From a bacterium (GTDB taxonomy: Bacteria; Elusimicrobiota; JBDRMW01; JBDROU01), in contig JBDROU010000067.1 in assembly GCA_043809745.1 (NCBI GenBank), forward strand, positions 6,515 through 70,514: a stretch of 64,000 bases of DNA, given 5' to 3'. Below the pieces are notes generated by a model. It was given only the letters and a program-made list of their open reading frames with translations, ran no database searches and was not told the origin of the DNA. Below, piece by piece: positions 1-9,463 of this stretch; position 1 is the first letter of the stretch, and each line of letters opens with the position of its first letter. A program made the position numbers and the translations under genes.

Positions 1-11
1 TATATTCTAAT

Positions 12-941
12 TTATGCCAAAACCTTTAATTTGTTTAATCTTTCACAGCTATCTATATTTACGGTTTTTATATCTGGAACAATCTTTCTGTTCAATCCTG
101 TTAGTACTTTACCTGGACCTATCTCATAAAACATCCGGACACCAAAATCTTTAATTTTTTTTATTGAATCTACCCATTGAATTGAATTATTTATTTGAAA
201 TGTCAGATCTTCTTGAATGGCTGTTTTTTCATTTCTAATCTCACCCTTATAATTAGTAACTACGGGGATTTTAGGAGAAATAAATGGCACTTTATATACA
301 GAATCTTTAAAACTCTTGTATGCCTCATCCATAAGTGATGAGTGGAATGGACCGGATACATTAAGCTCTATGGCACGCTTTATGCCAAACTCTTTTGCAC
401 GAGAAACCAAACGCGAAATTGCATTCTTAGATCCAGCAACTACGGTTTGATCTTGAGTATTAAAATTTACAGCCTCCAATACTTCTCCTTCTGACAATTC
501 CTTACATACTTCTTCTACCTTTGATCTGTCTGCTCCAATAATCGCTGCCATACTTCCAGGATTATTTCTTGAAGCTTGTTCAATACATTCACCTCTGATC
601 TTAACAAGCCCCAAACCATCTTCAAAACTAAAAACACCAGCAGCAAACAACGCTGAATATTCACCCAAACTATGCCCTGCAGTGATATCAGGTTTTATTC
701 CCTTTAATTCAAGGGATTTATATATTATTGCATTGATTAAATAGATAGCTGGCTGGGTTACCCGGGTTTGCTTCAACTCTTCTTCAGGACCGTTAAAAAT
801 TATATTTTGGATATCAAATCCTAATATCTTGTTAGCTTTTACAAAATATTCCTTCGCTAAAGGAAGTAAATCATAAAAATCTCTTCCCATTCCAACATAC
901 TGCGACCCTTGCCCTGGAAATATAAACGCTATTTTACTCAT
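12..941 (-). CDS. fabD: malonyl-CoA:ACP transacylase
   Basis: 309-aa ORF with FPGQGSQ and GHSLGE (active-site Ser) motifs. It lies downstream of fabH in the conserved yceD-rpmF-plsX-fabH-fabD order. Confidence 0.95.
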   Translation of the reverse strand: MSKIAFIFPGQGSQYVGMGRDFYDLLPLAKEYFVKANKILGFDIQNIIFNGPEEELKQTRVTQPAIYLINAIIYKSLELKGIKPDITAGHSLGEYSALFAAGVFSFEDGLGLVKIRGECIEQASRNNPGSMAAIIGADRSKVEEVCKELSEGEVLEAVNFNTQDQTVVAGSKNAISRLVSRAKEFGIKRAIELNVSGPFHSSLMDEAYKSFKDSVYKVPFISPKIPVVTNYKGEIRNEKTAIQEDLTFQINNSIQWVDSIKKIKDFGVRMFYEIGPGKVLTGLNRKIVPDIKTVNIDSCERLNKLKVLA

Positions 942-977
942 AGATTACATAACCTGTTTATTCTAAAAACAAATTTC

Positions 978-1967
978 TTACCATTCAATAATTGAAGCTG
1001 CCCAAGTAAGCCCGGCGCCAAAAGCAACCAATTCAACAAGGTCACCTTCCTTAAGCAACCCGGAACGGTTTGCTTCATCCAGCCCAATAACAGTTGTAGC
1101 CGCTGAGACATTGCCATATTTATGTATATTTAAAAATACCTTGTTCATTGGTATCTTCATTCTCTTTGCCAAAGCCTCGATTATTCTTATGTTAGCTTGA
1201 TGAGGAATAACTAATGATAGATCATCACATTTTTTCTGCGCCATCTCCAAAGCCAAACGCGCCGAATCCAGCATTCTTTGAACTGCAAGCTTAAACACCT
1301 CATTTCCTTCCATTTTTATAAAATTTAGTTTATTTTTTATTATCTCTTTTGTAATCGGGAATCTGGAACCGCCACCAGGTATTTTTAGTATGTCCTTATA
1401 TCTACCGTCTGAACCTAAATAAACAGATAATATATTAGAACTGGTTTTTTGCTTCTGCAGTACTACAGCACCTGCACCATCACCAAATAACACACAGGTA
1501 TTCCTATCATTCCAATCTGTTATTTTCGAAAGAGTTTCTGCTCCAATTAATAGAATAGTCTTGTAACTGGAATTCTCTATAAAACTCTTCGCTATCGATA
1601 GTCCATATATGAAACCGCTGCATGCGGCAGAAATATCAAAAGCTGCTGCATTTTTAGCTCCCAAGGCCTCCTGTACGAAGCATGCTGTTGACGGAAACAT
1701 CATATCAGGGGTGATAGTTGCCACCATAATTAGGTCAATATCCTCTGGCTTTATGTTGGCCTGTTCAAGCGCTGCTTTAGACGCGCCGATTGCCAAATCA
1801 GATGTAGCGGTCTTATCATCGGCTATCCTTCTTTCTTTTATGCCGGTTCGGCTCACTATCCATTCATCAGAAGTATCAACCATTCTTTCCAGATCAGCGT
1901 TGGTCAATATCTTATCAGGCAAACAGGATCCAGTCCCAATTATTTTTATTCCCCATTTTTCAGCCAT
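978..1967 (-). CDS. fabH: 3-oxoacyl-ACP synthase III
   Basis: Contains AACSGFIYGL (catalytic Cys), HQANIRI and GNVSAAT motifs. The ORF track runs to 2024, but the ATG at 1967-1965 (MAEKWGIKIIGTGS...) gives the usual N-terminus and an ATGGCTGA overlap with the plsX stop. Confidence 0.9.
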   Translation of the reverse strand: MAEKWGIKIIGTGSCLPDKILTNADLERMVDTSDEWIVSRTGIKERRIADDKTATSDLAIGASKAALEQANIKPEDIDLIMVATITPDMMFPSTACFVQEALGAKNAAAFDISAACSGFIYGLSIAKSFIENSSYKTILLIGAETLSKITDWNDRNTCVLFGDGAGAVVLQKQKTSSNILSVYLGSDGRYKDILKIPGGGSRFPITKEIIKNKLNFIKMEGNEVFKLAVQRMLDSARLALEMAQKKCDDLSLVIPHQANIRIIEALAKRMKIPMNKVFLNIHKYGNVSAATTVIGLDEANRSGLLKEGDLVELVAFGAGLTWAASIIEW

Positions 1968-2991
1968 TTGTTGCCAGCACCTCTGCTTCAGTTTCTTCAA
2001 CTTTAAGTTTACCAATTTTTTCAACTATCATTTCATTTAATCTATTTTTTACAAATTCGCCAGAAACCCTAATTGCATTTTTTATGGCAGTTGAATTTGA
2101 TTTCCCATGACAAATTATACATACTCCATTTGCCCCAACAAGGGGTGCACCGCCATATTCAGCATAATCAATCTTTTTTTTAATATCCTTAAGAGCACCT
2201 CTTAAAAATAATGCGCTAAGCTGTCTAATAAAGCTCTTTTTAATCTCATTTTTTGCAATTCTAGTAAATACATGCGCGAAACCCTCACTCAACTTCAAAA
2301 CAACATTTCCAACAAATCCGTCACATACAACAACATCTGCAAGACCTTTGAATATATCTCCACCTTCAATATTTCCAATAAAATTTAAATCAGAGCTTTT
2401 TAACAGTTCATAAGCTTCTATAGTTGTTTCATCACCTTTCCCTTCTTCTTTACCTACGGAGAGCAAACCAACTTTTGGGTTCTTCATTTTCAATTCAACT
2501 TCAGCAAGACTGCTTCCCATAACAGCAAATTGAAGTAGATGCCTTGGTTTACATGAAACATTTGCGCCCACATCAATCATTATACAATTACCCGTTTCAT
2601 TAGGTACAACCGTAGCAATTGCAGGCCTTGATACACCTTGCAAACGTTTTAGGTTTATCATGGCGGATGTCATAATAGCGCCTGAATTACCGGCAGAAAT
2701 TACCGCTTCAGCCTCCCGATCAACTACCAGCTTCATAGCAACCATTATAGAAGCATCCCGCTTCTGTCTGCACGCCTGAGCCGGAGATTCATTCATCCCA
2801 ATATTTTCCGTACAATGCTTAATATTTATTAAATTTTTGTCGTATTCATATTGATCCAAATATTTGTAAATAACATTTTCATCGCCAACTAGAATAATTT
2901 CTGATCCAAACTCCTTTGAAGCTTCTATAGCGCCTTCAATATTAATCCTGGGCGCATTATCACCACCCATAGCATCTAAAGCAATCTTCAT
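1960..2991 (-). CDS. plsX: phosphate acyltransferase PlsX
   Basis: 343-aa ORF starting MKIALDAMGGDNAP with full-length PlsX-like sequence. Positioned between rpmF and fabH. Confidence 0.95.
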   Translation of the reverse strand: MKIALDAMGGDNAPRINIEGAIEASKEFGSEIILVGDENVIYKYLDQYEYDKNLINIKHCTENIGMNESPAQACRQKRDASIMVAMKLVVDREAEAVISAGNSGAIMTSAMINLKRLQGVSRPAIATVVPNETGNCIMIDVGANVSCKPRHLLQFAVMGSSLAEVELKMKNPKVGLLSVGKEEGKGDETTIEAYELLKSSDLNFIGNIEGGDIFKGLADVVVCDGFVGNVVLKLSEGFAHVFTRIAKNEIKKSFIRQLSALFLRGALKDIKKKIDYAEYGGAPLVGANGVCIICHGKSNSTAIKNAIRVSGEFVKNRLNEMIVEKIGKLKVEETEAEVLATNG

Positions 2992-2994
2992 TTT

Positions 2995-3213
2995 TTATTT
3001 TGCTCCTTGGGTTTGCTGCTCTTGCTTTTTCTTTTTTACTTTTTTCGGAAGAACTAACACACCGTTATAAAAACCGCAGAAAGGGCATATCTTGTGAGGT
3101 AGTTTTACTTCATGACATTGAGGACATTCGTTGTAATTCACTACCGTAACCTTCCAATGAGCGCGCCTCATATCTCTTCTTGATCTACTATGTTTTCTTT
3201 TTGGATTTGCCAT
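2995..3213 (-). CDS. rpmF: 50S ribosomal protein L32
   Basis: Starts MANPKRKHSRSRRDMRRAH and has a CPQC...CPFCG zinc ribbon, both typical of L32. Confidence 0.95.
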   Translation of the reverse strand: MANPKRKHSRSRRDMRRAHWKVTVVNYNECPQCHEVKLPHKICPFCGFYNGVLVLPKKVKKKKQEQQTQGAK

Positions 3214-3229
3214 AATATTTTGTTCCTTT

Positions 3230-3688
3230 TTATTTTATTTTGATACTTTTCAGTTTTTCAAATGCGTGAATCTGATTGAAGTCTGTTCTGCAATTGCATT
3301 TTACTCTATTGCGATTATTCCCGCATAAAGAGCATAATCCTCCACAATCCGATTTGCATAAGGGATTGATAGGCATTGCTAGAACTATACCTGAATGCAG
3401 CTCATCACTTATATCAACTTCTTTTTCTTTGGCCCAATTAAATTTTTGAACAATATTAACAGGAACATCAATCCTGTTTTCAAAAAAATCCAAACACCTG
3501 CTGCAATTGCTTGGCATATCTACAGAGATCTTCCCGCTAATAGATATATCATCATCGATTTTGGTTATTAACAAATTATAACTTATAGGTTTCGAAATTT
3601 TAAATTCATTTGGTTGACAACTTTTTTCACCGCTTATATTAACAGAACCTTCTTGCAAGATTCTCTCAAGATCTATATTAAATTTCAT
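3230..3688 (-). CDS. yceD: YceD/DUF177 family protein (large-subunit rRNA accumulation protein)
   Basis: 152 aa with a C-terminal Cys cluster (CKSDCGGLCSLCGNN). Sits in the conserved position immediately upstream of rpmF. Confidence 0.8.
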   Translation of the reverse strand: MKFNIDLERILQEGSVNISGEKSCQPNEFKISKPISYNLLITKIDDDISISGKISVDMPSNCSRCLDFFENRIDVPVNIVQKFNWAKEKEVDISDELHSGIVLAMPINPLCKSDCGGLCSLCGNNRNRVKCNCRTDFNQIHAFEKLKSIKIK

Positions 3689-3744
3689 ATTTTTAATCTT
3701 ATAAAAATGAATACTAATTATTAATAACTCAAATTTGAAAAGTT

Positions 3745-3773
3745 AGTATATACATATTTTTTATTTTTGTCAA
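3745..3773 (-). promoter_or_regulatory. sigma70-type promoter for the yceD-rpmF-plsX-fabH-fabD operon
   Basis: The minus strand reads TTGACA (3773-3768), a 17-nt spacer, then TATACT (3750-3745). It lies about 55 nt upstream of the yceD ATG in a 200-nt non-coding gap. Confidence 0.5.
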
Positions 3774-3888
3774 GCTTATTGAATTCAAAATATAGACAAG
3801 CGTTTTGAATCAATAGATTATAGTTAATTTACAATATAATTTAAACTACTAATATTTTTTAGACTGCCTTTTGCTATAGTTATATATA

Positions 3889-5058
3889 TTAGCAATACTT
3901 ATGCTGTCCAGACCGTTTTGACTCTATCAATGCAGAATAAATCCTATCAATTGCCGTGACCATATTTTCAATAAAAAAGCTTTCATTTAAAGTTGATTTT
4001 GCTTCTTTTCCGAGACGAATTCTTTCTTCACTGCTTTTTAATAAAAAGCTTACTTTTTCCGCCATCAAATTTATATTCTTCACAGGTATTAGAAATCCGT
4101 TATTCCCGCTTTTAATTATATCCCTTGTCCCGTCTACATCATACACTACAGATGGTTTTTCCATATACATAGCTTCAACCAGGGCACGTGGAAGTCCTTC
4201 CCAAAGTGAGGTAAGAACAAATATATCTGATTGTTGAACTATTTTCTGAGCATCTCTCCTCCAACCAATAAGCAAGCATGAATCACCCAATTCATATCTT
4301 TTGACAGCATTCTCTACTTCCGTTCTTAGCTCCCCATCACCGATTAAAATAAATTTTACATCTTCAAAGTGATAATCATATTTTATAATCTTTGCCAGCA
4401 TTACAAAATCAACTGGATTTTTCTGTGGCTTTAAGCAGCTTACATTAGCAACAATCCTTTCATTTTTATATAACGGAATCAAATTTTGGACATCACTCTT
4501 AGTATAATGTTGTTTTAAGCGCCTTATCCCGCTGTGTATTGCTGTAACTTTCTCTTTTTTAGCGATGTTAAACTTAATCAGAGTTCTAACATTATCTTCA
4601 GCAACGGTAATTAGATGCGTTGTTATTTTTGAACTTAACTTCTCAACAAATATAAGGATATTTCTGTAAAACATATTCTGGTATTTGTTAAATCCGAAAC
4701 CGTGATATGTATGAATTATAATTGGAACACCAGAAAAATAAGCAGCCCATCGGCCCAATATCCCAGCTTTTGACGAATGGGTATGAACTATATCAGGTTT
4801 TAACTTTTTAATCAGCGCATATAACTTTGTGAAAGCTATTAAATCATTTATAGGACTTATTTTGCGAACTAAATTTTTTAAAAAATAAGTTTCGTATTTA
4901 TTTGATTTCTTAGCTTCCAGATCTAATATACCCCCCTCCCCTGTTATTAATATTTTTTCGTAGCGGTCATGCTCTAATGCTTCGAGGGTGTATAAGGTAT
5001 TATCCTGTGCTCCGCCTAATTCAAGCTTTGTTATAATATGAATGCATTTAACTTTCAT
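3889..5058 (-). CDS. glycosyltransferase, GT4 (GT-B) family
   Basis: N-terminal ITKLELGGAQ and C-terminal EGLPRALVEAM (E-x7-E-like) motifs typical of GT4 enzymes. Overlaps the upstream gene by 4 nt. Confidence 0.85.
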   Translation of the reverse strand: MKVKCIHIITKLELGGAQDNTLYTLEALEHDRYEKILITGEGGILDLEAKKSNKYETYFLKNLVRKISPINDLIAFTKLYALIKKLKPDIVHTHSSKAGILGRWAAYFSGVPIIIHTYHGFGFNKYQNMFYRNILIFVEKLSSKITTHLITVAEDNVRTLIKFNIAKKEKVTAIHSGIRRLKQHYTKSDVQNLIPLYKNERIVANVSCLKPQKNPVDFVMLAKIIKYDYHFEDVKFILIGDGELRTEVENAVKRYELGDSCLLIGWRRDAQKIVQQSDIFVLTSLWEGLPRALVEAMYMEKPSVVYDVDGTRDIIKSGNNGFLIPVKNINLMAEKVSFLLKSSEERIRLGKEAKSTLNESFFIENMVTAIDRIYSALIESKRSGQHKYC

Positions 5059-6359
5059 TTTCTACTGTGCAGTTTTGCGGCTAGTTTTTGACCGTCGAGG
5101 ATTGCTTCTTCCATGAATGAGTATTTCCAATCACCATATCTGCCTATGGAATGTATGGAATTTTTATTAAGGAACTCTTTTACACGCTTTAAGGCCTTCT
5201 CTCTTTTATTATCGTGTATAACATATGCGTATTGCATGGGCATGTGCTGCAGCGCAATTATTTTATCGTCTTTAGCAATAATATTCAAGCGGTTAAGGTC
5301 CATTATTGCCTTTGAGAATAATCTGTTTAAGTTAGCTTTCTCATTTGGATTGGTAGCTATCTCTATATAAAACGCAGCGCAATCCTCTGGCACCGAGCTG
5401 CGCGAAATATTATGTATGAAGCCAACCCTGTGAAAAATGAACTCGGGTTCAGGAAAATATATCCAATGCCTGTTAATTGCATCTCTTTTCCTTATGCCTA
5501 TATTTAAACATTGCACTGAACGCCATCGAAAAGAATTTTTTATATCGTTTAATTCTTCAGGAAAGGGTTCTAAATTCTTCAATAGTTCAGGTATAGGCAT
5601 GGTTGAAATTAACTGTTCATACTCTATTAATAACTTAGAATTCAACTCTACCCTTTTTTCCTTCCAAAATATTCTTCCAACATTAGAGTTGAGATGCAAA
5701 TTTCGAATCCGTTGAGCAAATGCATTTGGCAGTGCTTGTATACCGCCTGTTTTAGGATAATAGAATTTAGAGTTATAACCAAAATCCGCAACCTGATACT
5801 CGAACGCTCCAGAAACTATCTGATTAATCTTTGGTTTTGGGATAAACCATTCGCACCATTCCGACGTCATCTCTTCTAATTCCACCCCGAAAAGTTTTGT
5901 ATTATATGGGATGAAAAAATGTTTTGCAAAACCACTTCCAAAATAATTGTTTATCCATTCCTTAAAATTTGTTGCTTTCTTTTTATGCTTGTTGCATTGA
6001 GCAGATATTAGACCATATAAACAATCTTTGACTACATCTATTGGCAGTCCAAAAAGATTCGCTTGAAAAGGAAACGGCACATATTTACCTTTATAATATA
6101 CAAATGCCTGCCTGTAATGCTCATTGATATTGTTTTTCAGCATGCCGGCAACAAGGCTTTTTATCTCTTTATTATGCAGGTGCAGTAGATGCCCTGAAAA
6201 ATCAAAATTAAAGCCTTTCCAAGGAAGTGTACGACATAACCCGCCAACTGTTTTTTCTTTCTCAAGTATTGTATAATTATCTTTTAGATGATAAGCGCAT
6301 GATAAACCACTTAACCCAGCTCCCACTATTAAAATATTTTCTTTTTTTGAAATCAGCAT
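5055..6359 (-). CDS. FAD/NAD(P)-binding oxidoreductase (amine-oxidase / UDP-galactopyranose-mutase-like superfamily)
   Basis: N-terminal ILIVGAGLSGLSCA...LEKEKTVGGLCRT dinucleotide-binding fold and C-terminal IGRYGDWKYSFMEEAILDG motif. Embedded in the glycan gene cluster. Exact activity cannot be assigned. Confidence 0.6.
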   Translation of the reverse strand: MLISKKENILIVGAGLSGLSCAYHLKDNYTILEKEKTVGGLCRTLPWKGFNFDFSGHLLHLHNKEIKSLVAGMLKNNINEHYRQAFVYYKGKYVPFPFQANLFGLPIDVVKDCLYGLISAQCNKHKKKATNFKEWINNYFGSGFAKHFFIPYNTKLFGVELEEMTSEWCEWFIPKPKINQIVSGAFEYQVADFGYNSKFYYPKTGGIQALPNAFAQRIRNLHLNSNVGRIFWKEKRVELNSKLLIEYEQLISTMPIPELLKNLEPFPEELNDIKNSFRWRSVQCLNIGIRKRDAINRHWIYFPEPEFIFHRVGFIHNISRSSVPEDCAAFYIEIATNPNEKANLNRLFSKAIMDLNRLNIIAKDDKIIALQHMPMQYAYVIHDNKREKALKRVKEFLNKNSIHSIGRYGDWKYSFMEEAILDGQKLAAKLHSRK

Positions 6360-6363
6360 TTTT

Positions 6364-7392
6364 TTACTCTATCCGTAATTTCAATAAGTATTTTGTTCCA
6401 AAAATAAAAAAAGTAATCACAATTGAATATATGATTAATGACCCGATCTGATTCACTTTTGTGCTTACAAACGCGCAAATTGATAATAAAATCGAGACTA
6501 ATAACGAAATAATCAATACCTTTAATCTTGACATTCCAAGAAACTCCATTCTTAATGCAAAATGATCCTTGCTGCCTAGAAATGGAGACTTTCCTTTACT
6601 AATCCTCAAAAAGCTTACTAATATAGTGTCATATAATGGTAATGCTAAAATTAAAATTGGCGCAAAAATAGCAATATTATTGATACTTGTATATGAAGTC
6701 CCTAAAGAAAGAGCACAGAGTATAAATCCTATAAGCAAACTGCCTGTATCCCCAAGAAATATTTTATATTTCTTTGAAAGATTATATGGAATAAATCCCA
6801 AACAAGCACCGCATAATATAATTGCTGTGAAGTTAACATACAACTCTTCAGTAGGCAGAGAAATAAATAGAAACGCACAGGACGCAATAATTGCGATACC
6901 ACTCGACAAACCGTCAACCACATCAACTATGTTAAAAGCATTTGTTATTCCAACAATCCAAATAAAAGTAAATATCCAGCCCATATATTCAGGTGCTATA
7001 AATTTAATTTTTATGCCAAAATATATGAGTATAAATGCAGCCACGAATTGAAATATAAACTTAATTTTGAAATTTATCCCCTTTAGATGGAGATCATCAA
7101 TTAATCCCAACAGAACTATCAAAAGGCTGCCGAATAAAATACCCCTTAATGATCTCAAAGTCCCTGTAGGAAAATTAGTGAATAAACGAAGTAAAACCAT
7201 ACTTAAGATTATTGAAAACCATATAGCTAAACCTCCTAAATATGGGACAGGATTCTTATGTGTTTTTATTTTATTTAACGGATGATCAAAAATATTAAAT
7301 TTTAGAGCAATCTTGCGCATAATTGGTGTTATAATCACAGAAAAAATCAGCGCACATAGAAATATTAGCCCATAAAGCGTATATATCTTCAT
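6364..7392 (-). CDS. polyprenyl-phosphate N-acetylhexosamine-1-phosphate transferase (WecA/WbpL/MraY family initiating enzyme)
   Basis: 342-aa polytopic protein with LIDDL and NAFNIVDVVDGL motifs characteristic of the PNPT family. Confidence 0.85.
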   Translation of the reverse strand: MKIYTLYGLIFLCALIFSVIITPIMRKIALKFNIFDHPLNKIKTHKNPVPYLGGLAIWFSIILSMVLLRLFTNFPTGTLRSLRGILFGSLLIVLLGLIDDLHLKGINFKIKFIFQFVAAFILIYFGIKIKFIAPEYMGWIFTFIWIVGITNAFNIVDVVDGLSSGIAIIASCAFLFISLPTEELYVNFTAIILCGACLGFIPYNLSKKYKIFLGDTGSLLIGFILCALSLGTSYTSINNIAIFAPILILALPLYDTILVSFLRISKGKSPFLGSKDHFALRMEFLGMSRLKVLIISLLVSILLSICAFVSTKVNQIGSLIIYSIVITFFIFGTKYLLKLRIE

Positions 7393-7478
7393 ATTATATA
7401 ATTTTATAAATTTTATGCTGTTTTTACAAGCAAAGAGATGAAAGCTAGTTCAAAAGGCAGGATTTAAGATTAGTTGCT

Positions 7479-9458
7479 TCAGATTTTATAAAAAGCCACC
7501 TCGTTATTCTCAAAAATAATGTCAAACAAAGCAATTGAATTAGTCCAGTTAATTCTTCCATGATCTGTAAATGACATTATTTTATATGATTCATCCAAAC
7601 GTTTCGCTTCTCTTTTATTATAAAGTAAATGCGTAAAGCCTTTATTTTTTAACACATTTATAAGTTCTAAATGGTCCCCTGATTCATTAGCCCATGACAC
7701 CAGCCTTTCGGGTGCAAAGACAAAACTCAACTCATAAGGGATTTCACAATAAAAACCTCTCTGATCACCCAAGATATATATTTTCTCATTTTTTGATAAA
7801 TTATTGTTTATAAACTCGCATATTGCGTAAAATCCGCCAATCTTGCGACGGAGATATTCATCCCTATGCTCAACACCTAAGGCAACATTAATTGGTTCAA
7901 CTTGTTGATTTATTATGGTTAATAGAAATATATTTGAAACACTAAATATGGTCACCATCCCGATTAGCAAAAACCTGACTACTGCTCTGCCGGATTTAAA
8001 CATGTTATATATGCCTAGTGATATTACGAATGCAACAAGTGGTAAAACTACAACCAAAAATCTAAGCACCTGTCCGGTTGAAAACCAAATGGTTAAATGC
8101 AAAACAAGATATGCCAATAGAAACTTCAGCATATAGTTTAATTTCCTAACAAAGAATATTGTCGGTAATGCAAGTATAAATAATGGCCAACCAATCCCAC
8201 CCAATACATCCGCGCCACCGGCAAAAGGAATAATATTTTTAATAATGTTAAATGGCAAAAGTAAGAATTCTTTTATGAAACTGCCTTTGACTCCATATGA
8301 AACGAGCTGTCTGAAATAGCCTTCTGCTGTTTGAACCGTCCACTGCATTTCACCCCAACCCAAATATTTGTAAAAAAATGGGAAAAAAGGATTCCCAAAG
8401 TAAACAGTATTTTTTATCAGCCAGGGCAATGATAAAATTATTACTGGGAGATTAAAGATTAGCAGTAATGTTAGGTACTTTCTTATATTTTCTTTCTTAA
8501 TAATTACCACTTCCGCTAGTAAAAGCACATTGATACATACAGGGGTAATCACCCCAAAATATTTTGATCCGAATGATAATCCCCCTAATATACCTGAAAC
8601 CAGCAGAAAGCCATGTTTTCTGTTCTCGAGCCAAGCTAAAAAAGATAAAACCGAACCAACCATGAAAATACTTAATCCCGGCTCAACATAACAGCTGGAA
8701 AACAAAAGTATTACAGAAGGGAATGATGAAAATAGAAATAGAGTAAAAAAACTTCCAGTAATACTTAAATGCCGTCTACTTAGATTAAAAATTAATGCCA
8801 GCAATGATAAAAAAAATGAGAAACTTATCAACCGCGCGATATCTGTGTTTCCTAATGCCAACGCGGCTGTAAAAAGCATCTCAATATTCTGAGGGAAAGC
8901 GGAATACAAATTATTAGGAATATGGAATATCTTATTGTATTGAAGATATATCTTTGGGATAGCCAGGTGATATACTAATGAGTCATAATATGTTGGAGGA
9001 GCAAAGCAAGTAAGAAAAATTATTATGGTTGCAGCTGCTAAGGGTACGATAAAAATTACAATCTTTGAGTCAGCAGCAAAATTGAAGTTAAATACTCCCG
9101 CTGATTTATATTCCTTTGCAGCTAAAACTATTCCAACAGAAATATATATCCATATGAAAATTGGGTATAGTATATTTAATATACCTAAAGTAAAAACAAA
9201 ATAGATTAGCAATCCCAATCCAAGCAAATATGAATAAATCATGCTTTCAATACTGCTGGGCCAATCAATTTTTATTAGATTCCCCAATCTTCTACCATAA
9301 GCCCAGCTGCTGATTATTAAGATAATTGTTAACATTAAATGATATAATTTAGCCAGTGATTCTGCGACAGGATAATACAAGAAGAAGAAAGATCCTAAAT
9401 AAATTACGGCTATCCAATATAATGATAAAAAGAAGTTCTTGCTTGGTGTAAATTTCAT
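7479..9458 (-). CDS. large polytopic membrane protein, possible GT-C-fold glycosyltransferase or polymerase
   Basis: 659 aa with more than 12 predicted TM helices, a first-loop PPTYYDSLVYH segment and a C-terminal soluble domain of about 130 aa. I recognise only family-level resemblance to PMT_2/ArnT-like proteins. Confidence 0.4.
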   Translation of the reverse strand: MKFTPSKNFFLSLYWIAVIYLGSFFFLYYPVAESLAKLYHLMLTIILIISSWAYGRRLGNLIKIDWPSSIESMIYSYLLGLGLLIYFVFTLGILNILYPIFIWIYISVGIVLAAKEYKSAGVFNFNFAADSKIVIFIVPLAAATIIIFLTCFAPPTYYDSLVYHLAIPKIYLQYNKIFHIPNNLYSAFPQNIEMLFTAALALGNTDIARLISFSFFLSLLALIFNLSRRHLSITGSFFTLFLFSSFPSVILLFSSCYVEPGLSIFMVGSVLSFLAWLENRKHGFLLVSGILGGLSFGSKYFGVITPVCINVLLLAEVVIIKKENIRKYLTLLLIFNLPVIILSLPWLIKNTVYFGNPFFPFFYKYLGWGEMQWTVQTAEGYFRQLVSYGVKGSFIKEFLLLPFNIIKNIIPFAGGADVLGGIGWPLFILALPTIFFVRKLNYMLKFLLAYLVLHLTIWFSTGQVLRFLVVVLPLVAFVISLGIYNMFKSGRAVVRFLLIGMVTIFSVSNIFLLTIINQQVEPINVALGVEHRDEYLRRKIGGFYAICEFINNNLSKNEKIYILGDQRGFYCEIPYELSFVFAPERLVSWANESGDHLELINVLKNKGFTHLLYNKREAKRLDESYKIMSFTDHGRINWTNSIALFDIIFENNEVAFYKI

Positions 9459-9463
9459 ACAGC

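Noticed and set aside
3783-3810. Hairpin ATTCAAAA-N12-TTTTGAAT downstream of the GT4 gene, considered as the terminator of the glycan operon.
   Set aside because: The stem is purely AT, the loop is 12 nt and no U-tract follows on the minus strand. It is too weak to call.
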